Assembly (NCBI GenBank): GCA_032718475.1
Contig: JAUCBJ010000162.1
Location: forward strand, 1-64,000
DNA length: 64,000 nucleotides
Direction of reading: 5' to 3'
Source: Nemertoderma westbladi
Taxonomy: Eukaryota > Animalia > Xenacoelomorpha
Shown: in pieces, positions 11,801-22,336 of the stretch
Layout: every line of letters begins with the position of its first letter
How positions within the stretch are numbered: position 1 is the stretch's first letter
Made by a program: the position numbers and the translations under genes
The notes under the pieces: model-generated
The model's database searches: none
What the model was told of the DNA's origin: nothing
Seen by the model: only the letters and a program-made list of their open reading frames with translations

Positions 11801-12595
11801 GTCGCATTGGGGACCCGAGTGTTAGGGTGTTTACTGAGGCTAGTCTAGTGACTTGCCTCAGATTCACCAATGGCTTTGTTGGTCGGGGTGGAACATGAGA
11901 GTAGCCTCCAACTCCAGAATCCCTCTCCCCATCACAATCTGGCCTCCCTGGTGACCCAGGGTTTGGGCCAGAAAGGTCATCAGGAAAGGGACTCAAAGAA
12001 TTGTTGGCTGCTCTCTCTCCAGTAGGGGGTGAGACAGGCAGCCGGTCAGGAGTTAACTGACGCCTGTGAGGCCGATTGTGTCCGGTAATTCCACTGGCCT
12101 CTAGTGGCCGGACCTCCGCATTGCTAATGTAATCCATAGTGGGGGTTGGGGGGTGCTTTTTTGCCGAGTCAGCTCTCGGGGCAAATACCACACCCTGGTT
12201 TGCCATTCCACAGGGTGGGTGTCGCAATGGAGTCAGATATGAGGCCCATCACCCATATCTACTCTGGCGTACATGACCCACCATTGGCTGTTGCAGCTCA
12301 TCTGCTGGGTCATGCCCTGTACCCTTGCTGCCAGGTGCAGGTCGCAGTGAAGTGCCCTCAGAGTGGACATGAGAACACTCTACTCCTAACCAGCCATTGG
12401 TAGATCACCATCTGCCTGGTCAGGCCATATACCCCTGCAGCCAAGTATATGGGTCCTTAATCCAGGACCAAGGGCGTCCTTATCCCAGAACGAAGGGGGT
12501 CCTAGTTACAGGACCAGATTTGCCCTAGTAAGAGGGTCTATGCAGCTACAGGTGGCACCTCCTTTATGCTGCATGGAGGTGGCAAGTTTTCTTGA
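8862..12595 (-). mobile_element. RTE-clade non-LTR retrotransposon, near full length (5' boundary approximate)
   Basis: Single APE+RT ORF, short 3' UTR ending in a (TAG)n tail at about 8862-8873, structured 5' UTR to about 12590. Confidence 0.88.
9045..12227 (-). CDS. RTE ORF: AP endonuclease + reverse transcriptase; C-terminus frameshifted (native end at 8903)
   Basis: APE motifs (GVQEHR, YSPT, GDFNA, SQIDHIL, SDHRLI) and RT motifs (FVDFFKAFDSV, GVLQGDTLAPFLF, FADD, YLGS). Comparison with the copy at 39.4-40.8 kb shows a 4-bp insertion near 9075 diverting the C-terminus. Confidence 0.9.
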   Translation of the reverse strand: MRHPPCGMANQGVVFAPRADSAKKHPPTPTMDYISNAEVRPLEASGITGHNRPHRRQLTPDRLPVSPPTGERAANNSLSPFPDDLSGPNPGSPGRPDCDGERDSGVGGYSHVPPRPTKPLVNLRQVTRLASVNTLTLGSPMRQGELTALADKLSLSAVGVQEHRMQTGQTDEVLIKDMGGGWRLALASADDSGNGGIGLLMNPTAHAALDKIDQISNRIIRCHFSCSGRLAKKFPKVVLIVCYSPTSVAPVEEVENFYHNLQAATDGVDQHAFLTFLGDFNASLHQSPTSPWVYSNSVNRNSVHLQDFISGNGLFSAGTQFKKRTGKLWTHSGPSGHKSQIDHILFRRKYRSSIQDCNAFTLRPFSSDHRLIVAKVRLSLRASRTTKSALPRHDWSSLLQQPSVRSSFTLQLSNRYEALASEAADHCEGYTAFTEAVKLAAAETVPVYPRNRKRAPWTDNKIQKCRNDLHKAQKESRLKQTTAAKNAVKAASRSLNRQYSDNLQELINQQVDAINDADDSRQSSQAWKSINLLTGRKSQPTTKVKAESPADRLNGWKAHFEKLLNNDRVLPDNFIEVKVSESVLPDIPIGDISFAEVKAAAKSIKTNRASGVDGVPPEVFKIPECLKLIYPIIVGMYRTTRVVPQEMKTNKLVPVPKKGNLTLYGSFRGISLISIAAKLFNRILLNRIRDPIERLLRGNQNGFHKGRGTMEPILALRRIIEELSKKKDRHLAVIFVDFFKAFDSVSRSRMFSILSLYGIPDEIIAAIRSVYDGSTTFVPTVDGDTEPFEVLWGVLQGDTLAPFLFIIVVDYVLRMSLDHDNDDGVMITPPTSSRSRGNPAKYLTDLDFADDLGVLSESLEGAQRLLSSLEHAASSVGLFINSRKTKILTVNFESPQQVSDRMSISSKDGMLEHVDDFCYLGSWIRKSGDDLRIRKGKAWAALNRLSRIWKSPRINRKLKVRLFRAAVVPVLLYGSPCWALTAEDTKSLDGTFTRMLRRVHCVKYNAHISNQTLYNIGGVSLVPPSLALEQNRLRFAGHCFRREDQPVHNLTSTLAASWSE

Positions 12596-13380
12596 TCAAT
12601 GACCTAGAATACCTGACCTGACCTGATATGCAGAAACTTGTGGTGGGAGTCGTGATGGATAAGAAATAACACAGTGTAGTGTTTCCAATAGTATAATGTT
12701 CAGATACTGTGGTAAATAAAGTACTGTTCGTCTCAAGTGAATGAATACGTTTCCACAGAGGTAATATTAAGTCAGCACTTAAGATGAGAACGATGTACCA
12801 ACCACTAGTAGTCCTACATCATCTATCATCAAATCCTGGTATATATACCCTAGTGCTAATACCAATATCAATATAATCTTTATGTACAGAATAACAGGTG
12901 ATCGGTTGGCAATTAACAGCCCCTACACGACTGTATAGGCCTACTGTAAAGTTAGGTCTATAAGGAAGCAATGACCCCGACATGCAGTATAATCCTCAAT
13001 GTACTACAAATATTGTTTGCTACTACAATTACCACCTTCGCCTTGGCCGTCTTATTTCTGCAAGGTCGTTCTACTTTGTTTTGAAGATTGTTGGCCCGAT
13101 TCATCCCACATAAGCTTATATTATATTGGTTTTCGTTCACACCTTCCCCTAACTATCACATGAGCCATACATACCCATTGATCTCTAATAACATGTCACC
13201 ACGCCAATTATATTGGTATTTCTGATCCTCTGTTACTGCCTTCCTCCAAATTAGTGGCATAGATGATATATTACTAACAGATTTCAATACCCGGTATATA
13301 TGTATGAACAGTTTTATAACAATTTAGATTTTTTCCCAATTGTATCCGAAACAAATTAAATATATAACGAAATACCTCAT

Positions 13381-13578
13381 AATTAAAATTTTAAGAAAAT
13401 AATTAAAATTTTAAGAAAATAATTAAAATTTTAAGAAATAATTCAAATTTTAAGAAAATAATTAAAATTTTAAGAAAATAATTAAAATTTAAGAAAATAA
13501 TTAAAATTTTAAGAAAATAATTAAAATTTTAAGAAAATAATTAAAATTTTAAGAAAATAATTAAAATTTTAAGAAAAT
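13381..13578. repeat. AT-rich minisatellite, 20-bp unit AATTAAAATTTTAAGAAAAT, about 10 copies
   Basis: Direct tandem repeat just 3' of the lipase gene. Confidence 0.9.
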
Positions 13579-13657
13579 TTGATTATAATCAGATTGGTGG
13601 AGAATGCCTTTCTATGATGAGTGACCACACAGTTCTTAGTAGACCACCACAGGCATA

Positions 13658-15142
13658 TCAATCAGAATCTATAATTTCTTCTGAGTTATATCTCTGAAAT
13701 TCAACTTGGTCCGGATGAACTTCTAGTACATCCAAATCCACATCTGTAATTTCATTTCCAAAGTCCGTGAATAAACCATTATAACCCCATGGCATGTGAT
13801 CATTCAGCATAGCTCCCCGCAATCTCAACTCATTAGAAAGTGGCACCGAATCTTCCAGTCTACGAGCAGTAATCATTGTGCCATTGCCTCTCTTAAACAT
13901 AAATATTTGCTTTGCTGGGTGTTCTAGGCAGCACATATCTGCAGTATCAGCGCTTTCAACTGCGTCCTTTATCGAATTCCAATCACTTCCTTCTTCAAAT
14001 GCAATTGTCTTCCTTATTGGGTTATCATCGTCGTCATTGTCATCCATGCCGTTGACTTCGTCCCCATCAGCTGTGACTATTGGATTCCAAAGTAACTTAA
14101 GGATGTCTCTTGTACCCAACTGGAGACGATTGACTGCTCGAATTTGCATGAAAAGTTTCGTTACAGTTGCAACTGATGATGAGGCCAACCCATCGTTATG
14201 GTGAATGACGGAAAATATATTGGGACATTTATAATTTGAAGAAACCGGTTTAAAAACAGGAGGTGCTCCGAAACTGATGCATCTTATTGGGGTGTCCTGT
14301 GGTAGCTGGGACATGGAATCTCCCTCAAGGAGCTCCATAGCAATCAATTGGCAAATCCCAGCCCCCAAAGAGTAGCCGGTAATCAACAAATTGTACCCTG
14401 GATTGCATTCCAACGCTTCAACTATTCTGTCTAATGTCTTATTCAGTATATTCCTTGCCCCCATGATCATTCCCTTGTGGCCCTCGCCATTTAGGAATGG
14501 TGTTGACTCCGCGAAAAGGTCCATAAATATATCGTTTATTTTTGGTTGTGGGATCATTCTAGTCCCGCATATGACCATTATAACCTGATGCAGATCGTGG
14601 TGAACTACGACAGCGCAGTCGGGAAGATGCTCTTCAACACTGAGATTGTCGGTTACGTGAGCAAATATAACATTTTCAACTGGTAGTGCTATAGCATCGG
14701 CCACAATAGTAGTCGGAACCTCGCCATCTGATGGTTCACCGCCTTCCTCAGCATCATTGTGAAGCGTCTGTAGAGCTTCAGATACTTTCATTATGTAATG
14801 CCAATAATATGCAAATGTACACATGAGTTTCGTCTTTACCGTTTCGTCATGGAATATAATGTTGTCCTGAATATACCAACTACGGGAGTCATTGTTAAGG
14901 GCCACCTGTAGTTTGTAGAGTAGACCCAGAGTAAGGAGCATTGCATTACTTGTCTCGTCCTCTTCCGCCGTGTCTTCATCAACTGCGCCGTACTGCGACT
15001 TCATTTCCGTTAATACATTGAATACTTCTACAATATCGGGATATTTATCCGTGAGAGACCCCATCATAGAATCACCAAGGGAACTCAAAGTGTCACTAAC
15101 TTTGCTCGACATTCGCGAAACCAACTTCTTTAAGAATGGCAT
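13658..15142 (-). CDS. Class-3 lipase (alpha/beta hydrolase, DAGL-like catalytic domain), intronless
   Basis: 494 aa; VICGTR lid region, GHKGM motif, nucleophile elbow ITGYSLGAG, CISFGAPP, candidate catalytic Asp (HHNDG) and His (NDHMPW). Confidence 0.8.
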   Translation of the reverse strand: MPFLKKLVSRMSSKVSDTLSSLGDSMMGSLTDKYPDIVEVFNVLTEMKSQYGAVDEDTAEEDETSNAMLLTLGLLYKLQVALNNDSRSWYIQDNIIFHDETVKTKLMCTFAYYWHYIMKVSEALQTLHNDAEEGGEPSDGEVPTTIVADAIALPVENVIFAHVTDNLSVEEHLPDCAVVVHHDLHQVIMVICGTRMIPQPKINDIFMDLFAESTPFLNGEGHKGMIMGARNILNKTLDRIVEALECNPGYNLLITGYSLGAGICQLIAMELLEGDSMSQLPQDTPIRCISFGAPPVFKPVSSNYKCPNIFSVIHHNDGLASSSVATVTKLFMQIRAVNRLQLGTRDILKLLWNPIVTADGDEVNGMDDNDDDDNPIRKTIAFEEGSDWNSIKDAVESADTADMCCLEHPAKQIFMFKRGNGTMITARRLEDSVPLSNELRLRGAMLNDHMPWGYNGLFTDFGNEITDVDLDVLEVHPDQVEFQRYNSEEIIDSD

Positions 15143-16510
15143 GATGTTCGATTATTTCTCTATTTCTCTATAATTAGTTCTTGCTTGGTATACCTGTGTA
15201 TACAGTTATTCAGCTTATTATTTAACAAAGGGTAGATAAAGAGTATACCCAATAAATAGATATTTTAAGTTTATTTAGGTCAACAATTTTTTATGATCAT
15301 TTAAACGCAAAATTATGTAAAGTAATTATTTGATTGTGGTTGTGGGGGTAAAAACACTGAAAACAAATCATATATGTGTATTATTTGTAATACAAACACT
15401 GGAAGAAAACTTGTTTGTGGTTTGTTTGCAAGGTTATGTCCTCTATCTAAAAAACATATCGATTGCCAAATTATGGTTAACTGCATTGTTGTAGTAAGTA
15501 GTACAGTGACAGTAGAACACTCAATCTAGTTAGGCAGACCTCAAAATGATGGACCTGGTTAGAAAAGGTTTATGTCTTAGTATTCTTTCGTAGGGGCGCA
15601 ACAGTGCCAAATCACTACAGCCGTTAATCGGATTTGAACCGCGCTTTCAAACACTAATGTGCAAGTAGCCATGCGCCCCCACCTCTCTGCCTCTCTCTCA
15701 TCACCACATCTCCACGCTAGGCCTACTGTAGCACCCAACTGATTAAAATAAACAGCTACTAAGAGTGCTTCTTTACACACAAATATGAAATTGGTATTAT
15801 TTTAAAATCGAAACATTATGGCTATTTACATCATGTTGTGGGGCGAGTCAAAACTTCGACCCATCAGCGAACTGTTATAATTATACTATGGTCGTTTCTA
15901 AAAGTCTGTGTCTGTGCGTGTGTCGGAAGCCATAATTGTCGGAAGCCAAGATATAACTAGCCATAGTATAATTATAATTGTTCGCTAAGATGGCTTGTAG
16001 CTTTTGCTGCACGAAGGCTATATAGCACACACGAGAATTAATAGATTGAGTCAGATTTATTTTCTCATTTCAATCTTTATCTACAAGAGTTTATATAAGG
16101 TGTGTCTATGTCACTCCGCCAATATTAGTAGAGAAGTTGCATTCTGCAGTTATTCTTTAACCTCATAGTGTTTTGTTGGTACCGGTGGATGGAAGGAAAG
16201 ATGACGTTGCAAAGATTCCTAATATGTATTTCGTTGAGGAATAATAACTGAGATATATGTGTTCGAAAGTTCCATGATTTTACTTCTACACGAGGATATT
16301 TCATTCTGTTTCATAAATACACCATATTCTCGAATATTTTGTTTATGTATAAACATTTCATGGTTATAGGTTGGTCACATTGTGTCATGGTTAACGAGAA
16401 TGAATACTCACACAAAATGATCGACACTTATTAAATTCACTTTATTATCTATTTAATATGATATTTTAAATGGTGGGATACAAACTCAACAAACTACTTA
16501 TACAATCAAA

Positions 16511-17308
16511 TCAATCAAGTAAAGTCTGTGAACTACTGGCAACATCGCCGTTTTCTTGAGATCGATATGACTTTGGAGTGATACTCTCATTGTTACTTTG
16601 TTCTATGCCGATAAACTTTACTTTACTCTCGTCTGCAACCTTTACCTCTATTTTGTCAAGGCTGATTTCTTCGGACTTTTTAATTTCGACAGGCTTGATT
16701 ATTTCTGGCCCATCTGGTTTTATCATTGGAAATGTTTTCACAGCTTTCGATTCGTCTGGATAATAATTATCTCTGGTTTTTTCGACAAACAAACAATAAA
16801 CAAGGCTCTGGCAGCTATTAATTGCTACTGCGACCATTAAATATATTTGAAATATATGTAAATATTGACACATATCATTTGTGTCAGATCCTCCATTTTC
16901 AGTTTCCCGTAATAGCCCCAATTTAGTCATGGTACTCTGAATAGTTTTTTCTGTTTGACTTTTAGCATCACTTTTAGATTTGAGTTCATATATCAGATCC
17001 TTGACAGCCTCAATAAACCCCGTTATCGAAAGTGCAATAATCATTATACATTGTAATGCTCCGCAGTAGATGAGCTTGTACGTTGCCCCTGTCTGTTTCA
17101 AGCACCCAATTAACATCAATACTGAATTCAGAAAGACAAACAGGCCCATCCACAATGTTATCTGCTGCCATAGCTCATTGTCTTTGCCCCAAACTGAATG
17201 ACATATGAGGCTGTTTCTCAGGAATCCCATCTTCATCAGTATCAATCCAAGCATTAATTGAAATGTTGAAGCACCAATTAAATAATCGATAAATTTCCAA
17301 TTAGCCAT
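16511..17308 (-). CDS. Four-TM membrane protein with tetraspanin-like topology, intronless
   Basis: ATG at 17308; three close hydrophobic helices, a loop, a fourth helix, then a charged tail; no CCG motif, so family is uncertain. Confidence 0.55.
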   Translation of the reverse strand: MANWKFIDYLIGASTFQLMLGLILMKMGFLRNSLICHSVWGKDNELWQQITLWMGLFVFLNSVLMLIGCLKQTGATYKLIYCGALQCIMIIALSITGFIEAVKDLIYELKSKSDAKSQTEKTIQSTMTKLGLLRETENGGSDTNDMCQYLHIFQIYLMVAVAINSCQSLVYCLFVEKTRDNYYPDESKAVKTFPMIKPDGPEIIKPVEIKKSEEISLDKIEVKVADESKVKFIGIEQSNNESITPKSYRSQENGDVASSSQTLLD

Positions 17309-17391
17309 CTTTTGCAATAATTAAGGAAAATAATACATCTTATTAATTTTGACTTCTTACAATTTGGAAACAGGGGTGGGGGGGGGGGGGA

Positions 17392-17596
17392 CTGGGCGCA
17401 AATCCCATCTCGGCGAATTATTATCCCGCATCCATGTTAAATCCTCAATTAGGGGAAAGGAGCAGGTTACAGTGGCCGTTATTCTAACCAAAACAATACA
17501 CTAAAGTCAAAAGGTTACAGTTTTATTTTTAGGAGTAATCAGGCCGAAATTCCCCTGGAGACGGATGAATTTCTATTGCGCGAAAGTCCCCCCATA
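17392..17596. mobile_element. Dispersed repeat (MITE-like), also at about 40820-41088 and 55341-55562
   Basis: Shared blocks TTTTGGTTAAAATAACGTGCCACT and TTAATTC.CC.AGATG.GATTTG.GTC in the three loci (inverted here); short terminal inverted match CTGGACGCAA/TTGCGTCCAG in the 55.3-kb copy. Confidence 0.55.
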
Positions 17597-18620
17597 TCTG
17601 TTGTACTATTAAGTGGTTTTGGTAAGGGTAACCATAACTATGGGCGTGAGACTGTTCAAGGAAAACTATACAAATATGGAAAACTATACAAATAAACACG
17701 CATTATTTTCCGAATACAAAAGCGCTTTTTTTATCACGAATCTAAAACATCTTTTCCCGGGTCAACCGAAGTTTTCGGAGGTAAATCATTCTACCGGTAT
17801 GTGAAAAACTGTCTAGAAAAGTTGACATACCATTTTTTATAAACTAGCTAGTTTTTTCTACTTTAAAAAAAATACTAACTACTGTAGGGGGCAAATAAAA
17901 AAACACCAATATATTATATAACAAAATATTATTCCATCTCCTGCTACTACTAAGTCGAGAGAGCTCGTACAGTGGAAATGAGATCCTCACAGGCCTTCCG
18001 ATTCTATACAGTTGACGCAATTTAAAGTAAACTTTAAAATAGCTAAGTTAAAGTAAAGAAAGACAACCATAAACTAAAGTATGACGAGTATGACTGTATG
18101 CCTACAGAATCGTAGTCTGCGTTGAGCTAACAACAGCTCACACTTTGAAAGAATTTACACAAAACTATCTAGTATAATAATTTGGGGACGGACGGTTGAT
18201 GTTGTAGAACATTTCAATTTCAAATAAAAACTAGCAAAAACTATAATTGCTTCTAGAACAAAGTATCTTTATTCTAGAAAAACACTTTTTTTGAAACTAA
18301 AATAGCTAACATGTTCGAAAACAGTTTTAAAAAAGTATCAAACAATAGCTGCCCAAAACAGATACCACCTCAATAACATATTGCATTCATATTACAGTGG
18401 TGTAGAACTTTTGCAGTACTTTTATTTAGCTAATCTTTGCAGCATTTATTGTGGCGTATAGAGCGGAACACTGCAAAATAATCAATCACTAACTTAGTAT
18501 CAATATACTTCTAGAACACGTCTTCAGTAATTCTCCATTGTTACTCTTTCGCTAGTATATACCCCAAATTCGTGATTCATGGTTACAGGACTACCACAGG
18601 TCCATTTAAATTAGTCCACT

Positions 18621-18664
18621 CATGGAATACTAAATATACATATATGTATATTTAGTATTCCATG
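18621..18664. mobile_element. 44-bp perfect palindrome with 7-bp flanking direct repeat (tiny MITE-like insertion)
   Basis: CATGGAATACTAAATATACATATATGTATATTTAGTATTCCATG equals its reverse complement; GTCCACT at 18614-18620 and 18665-18671. Confidence 0.7.
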
Positions 18665-19126
18665 GTCCACTACTATAAATCAAAAGGGTCAGGGATAATA
18701 TATTTATAATGTTAGATGATTTTTTCAAATGGGGAACAATTATTAATCAATGGTTTTATATTTTTCGGATATTTACTAAAAATCGGCGTTTGAAACTCGT
18801 TTTTGAAACAGTTTCCATTGTAACCGGGTTTAACAAAAGACGTCAATGGAATATTTGGTGCTGATATGTGGGGGGTAGGTCAAGGTTATAAGACTGTAGG
18901 TTTATTGGAAAGTGGACTTTTATAAATGACCTCCTTTTGTCATGGTAATATGGGACCGATAAATCATGTTGCAAAGTTGGTTCTCCTTAACAAATGAAAG
19001 GTATGGTAATTACCTACACCTGTGCCAATTATGGGAAGTTCGTCCAGAACGTCCACATCAACCTTATTTTTTAGGTTAAGCGACCTGACTAGCTACTTTT
19101 ATAGTTACCGAGATATAATAGTAATT

Positions 19127-20120
19127 TAGTCGAGTCAATCTAGCAAAAAACCCATAAGTATTTCGCAATCAATTCGAACCACACATTTTGGATTCTATAT
19201 TACCTTATTAATGACCAAAAAAAAGTATATAAAATTATATTTTGCGGATCATATGTTTTTCGTGGAAATTCTGCGTAAATTTGCATAAGACAAGCCAAAC
19301 AAAAGGAACAGTAGGGAAAAGTAAATAGCAAATTAGTGATGTTCCAGAATAATTTAATTAATTTCACAATAAGATGTGATTCAATGGGAACTTAGTAATA
19401 TTTACACTGGCGTGTTACACATTAATTGTTATATCTCGGAAACTAGAAGTCGCATCAAATTTTTAAATATATCAAAAACTTCACGATATATTAAGCTAAC
19501 TGTTGTCAAAAAAATATACAATTCCACTGCAAGGAAATTTCATAATTTCCATTAATGTTAGTGAAGATTTTTCACATAATTAAATTGTGATTGCTCTATT
19601 GATTTTAGGTGTAATTTATTTATTTGTTTTAGTTTGAAAACCACAATAGTTTATCATATATCAAATAAATTTTTTGGGGATAAAGGTTTTTGAGGTCGAT
19701 AAATCCGATGGCCGAGATTACATCCACCCGTTTAGTAGAGAAGTTGTGTAAATAAGGTCCTTGTACCAGCAAAATTGGTATTAAATATGGTTAAATTATT
19801 AGACCAATTTCCGTTGCTCTGGAAACTAAATTGGTAACTATCTACTGTAGAAGTGCATACTTCTGTCAATCAATAGTCATTAGAGTAAAGTTTGTCTGTA
19901 CCAAATTTGGAGAAAATCCCACTAATAGACCCCTAGTTGCTATGTAAAATCCATGTTGCTAAGGAAAGAAACAGGAAATTGAAAGTGATCCGCATAATAT
20001 ATTTTTATAGACTTTTTTGGGGGTATTAACAAGGTAATTTAGAATAAAATAAAATTGGTTTGGATGGATTGCGAATTTGTTATGGGTTGACCCCCTTTTT
20101 CGGCTAGATTGACTCGCCTA
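19127..20120. mobile_element. Degenerate non-autonomous TIR element, with a partial inverted relative at about 23690-23920
   Basis: TAGTCGAGTCAATCTAGC at 19127 is inverted at 20103-20120, with imperfect inverted similarity extending over 100 bp. Confidence 0.5.
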
Positions 20121-20839
20121 AAGGCCATGATACACCACAGGAGCGGCGAGCGGCAGCGGCGAGCGGCCGCTGCAAGCGGCCACTTTTTAAAAATAGAACA
20201 CATTATTTTCTATGGGTGATGATACACCACAAATGGCCGCTGCCGCTCGCCGCTACAGCCCACTGCTTTTTTAAAAAATTTCTCTACAGTATAATTCCCC
20301 AGCGGCCGCTGCGGGCAGCCGCCGCTTCAAAATAGAACACATTATTCTCTATGGGTGATGATACACCACAAATGGCCGCTGCAGCTCGCCGCTGCAGCCC
20401 ACTGCCCTTTTAGAACTTGCTCTATTTTTTGAGCGGCGAGCGTCGGCAGTGAGCGGCTTCTGTGTTTTTCACCAATGATAAAGATTGGATCTGATCACTT
20501 GAAAAAAGGAAAGACTGGGGGCATTTCGTGATTTTTTTTTACTCGGCAAACAACTGCAGAAATGTTGTAATTTATATGCAATTAGGCACTAGTGTGTGTT
20601 ATTAGCAAAACTTTCTATTTGTACTACCTAATTGCAAATAATGGTCGGGGTGGGGTGTCAGGCACGGCGATCATATGATGCCATGGAAACTATTTTCGAG
20701 ATTGTGCTGCGTTGCTAGACGCTCAGGATAAACAAAACAATCACTTCATCCCATTTTTATAGACAAACGACATTTCGGTACATTTCTAGTTGATATTTTT
20801 GCTGTGTTTACTATACTAGGCCTACAGTATTTTATCAAC

Positions 20840-22257
20840 ATGGATCAGGAAATCGAAAGTGGTGAAAATATTATGATTTCAATGCTAATTGAGAACATGG
20901 AATCACAGCCTTGTCTATGGAATCCCAGTCTGGCAGAGTATAAAATGAAAGGTGTTGTGAAGAGGGCATGGGAAAATGTAGCAGCTAGTTGTCATGAAAC
21001 AGGTGAGCTGTACGTACTGTAAGTTGTCTAGCTGATATTTAAAAAAATCTAATTTTTTAGATAAATTTTTTCTAGTGTTATTTTACTAGCTACTGTAGTA
21101 TTTTTTGAAATCTAAAAAATTTGTGAAACCATTTGAAATTTCTGAATTAGGCCTAAACTGAGTGCAGAATATATTTTAATGACGAAAAATATTGAATATT
21201 AATTCAAAATATTAATTATTTTTTACAATATTAATTATTTTTTACAATATTAATTATTTTTTACAATATTAATTATTTTTTACAATATTAATTATTTTTT
21301 ACAATATTAATTATTTTTTACAATATTAATTATTGTTTACAATATTAATTTTTATCTATTATCTTAAAATTTGTATTAATTTAAACTCAAGTTCCTGGTA
21401 TATATATTTTTATAGTGGCTTCTACGAAACGCAAATGGAAACAACTAAGGGACACCTACAGAAGGTTAAAGGCTAAGGTAACAAAATCCATGAAAAGTGG
21501 TGCAGGGCCTGATGATATATATAAACCAGTTTGGAAGTTTTTCCAAGCAATGTCTTTTACAGACAAAATTGATGGATTGAAATCCGTTTCCTCAAGCAAC
21601 TTACATGACTCTTCATTTGTTTCATTTGAAGATGATATCCCGACCGATGGAAGCGAGGGTACGGACAAAGAAAGTGATGAAAAAATTGAGGAAAATGTCA
21701 CAGTGTGTGATACGACAGTGCGTAGTGAAAATTTGAAGGAGAGTGTGGTGGGCAACGATGGAAAACATATTTCTAACGTAGACGGAAAAAGAGGAGAAGG
21801 TGATTGCATTGTTGGCAAAGGCAGAAAGCGTGCAGGGATATTTCTTGCAGTGGGGCGGAACGAAAAACTTAGAAGGAGTCAATTGAGGCAGAAACAGAGG
21901 ATTGAAGAGCAGGAGAGAGAGCTACTGAAAGAGGCTATGGGAGTGATGCGCGCATGTAGTCAAACGAAATGTAACCAAGAAAGTGAGGACACCACAGCCA
22001 ACAAGGCGTATGCAGAGTATGTAACACTAGAGCTGCAAAAGTTACCAGAACAACAACGCAGTCTGGCAAAATTCCGTATTCAAGAAATTCTCTACTTGGC
22101 TCAGAATAACCGCCTAGGAATGTCTATCGAAACACAACAACCATGTAATATGTTGCCATACTATCCATCACCTCAGGCATATCAACAACAATATCAACAA
22201 CAATCAGAATTTACATATAGTGCACAGACATCGCCAAAGACATACATGTCCTTATAG
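20840..22257 (+). CDS. Harbinger Myb/SANT-like (MADF) DNA-binding protein with C-terminal BESS-like motif; join(20840..21002,21416..22257)
   Basis: Exon 1 LIENMESQPCLWNPSLAEYK...AWENVA; GT-AG phase-1 intron 21003-21415 (contains a 20-bp tandem repeat); exon 2 KRKWKQLRDTYRR...YKPVWKFFQAMSF and YAEYVTLELQKLP..QRSLAKFRIQEILY. Confidence 0.85.
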
Positions 22258-22336
22258 TTCTAAGAAATAGTTACATATTGAGTATTGAGAAATTTATGTG
22301 AAATTTATTTGATAACTTTAATGTATGATTATTTAA

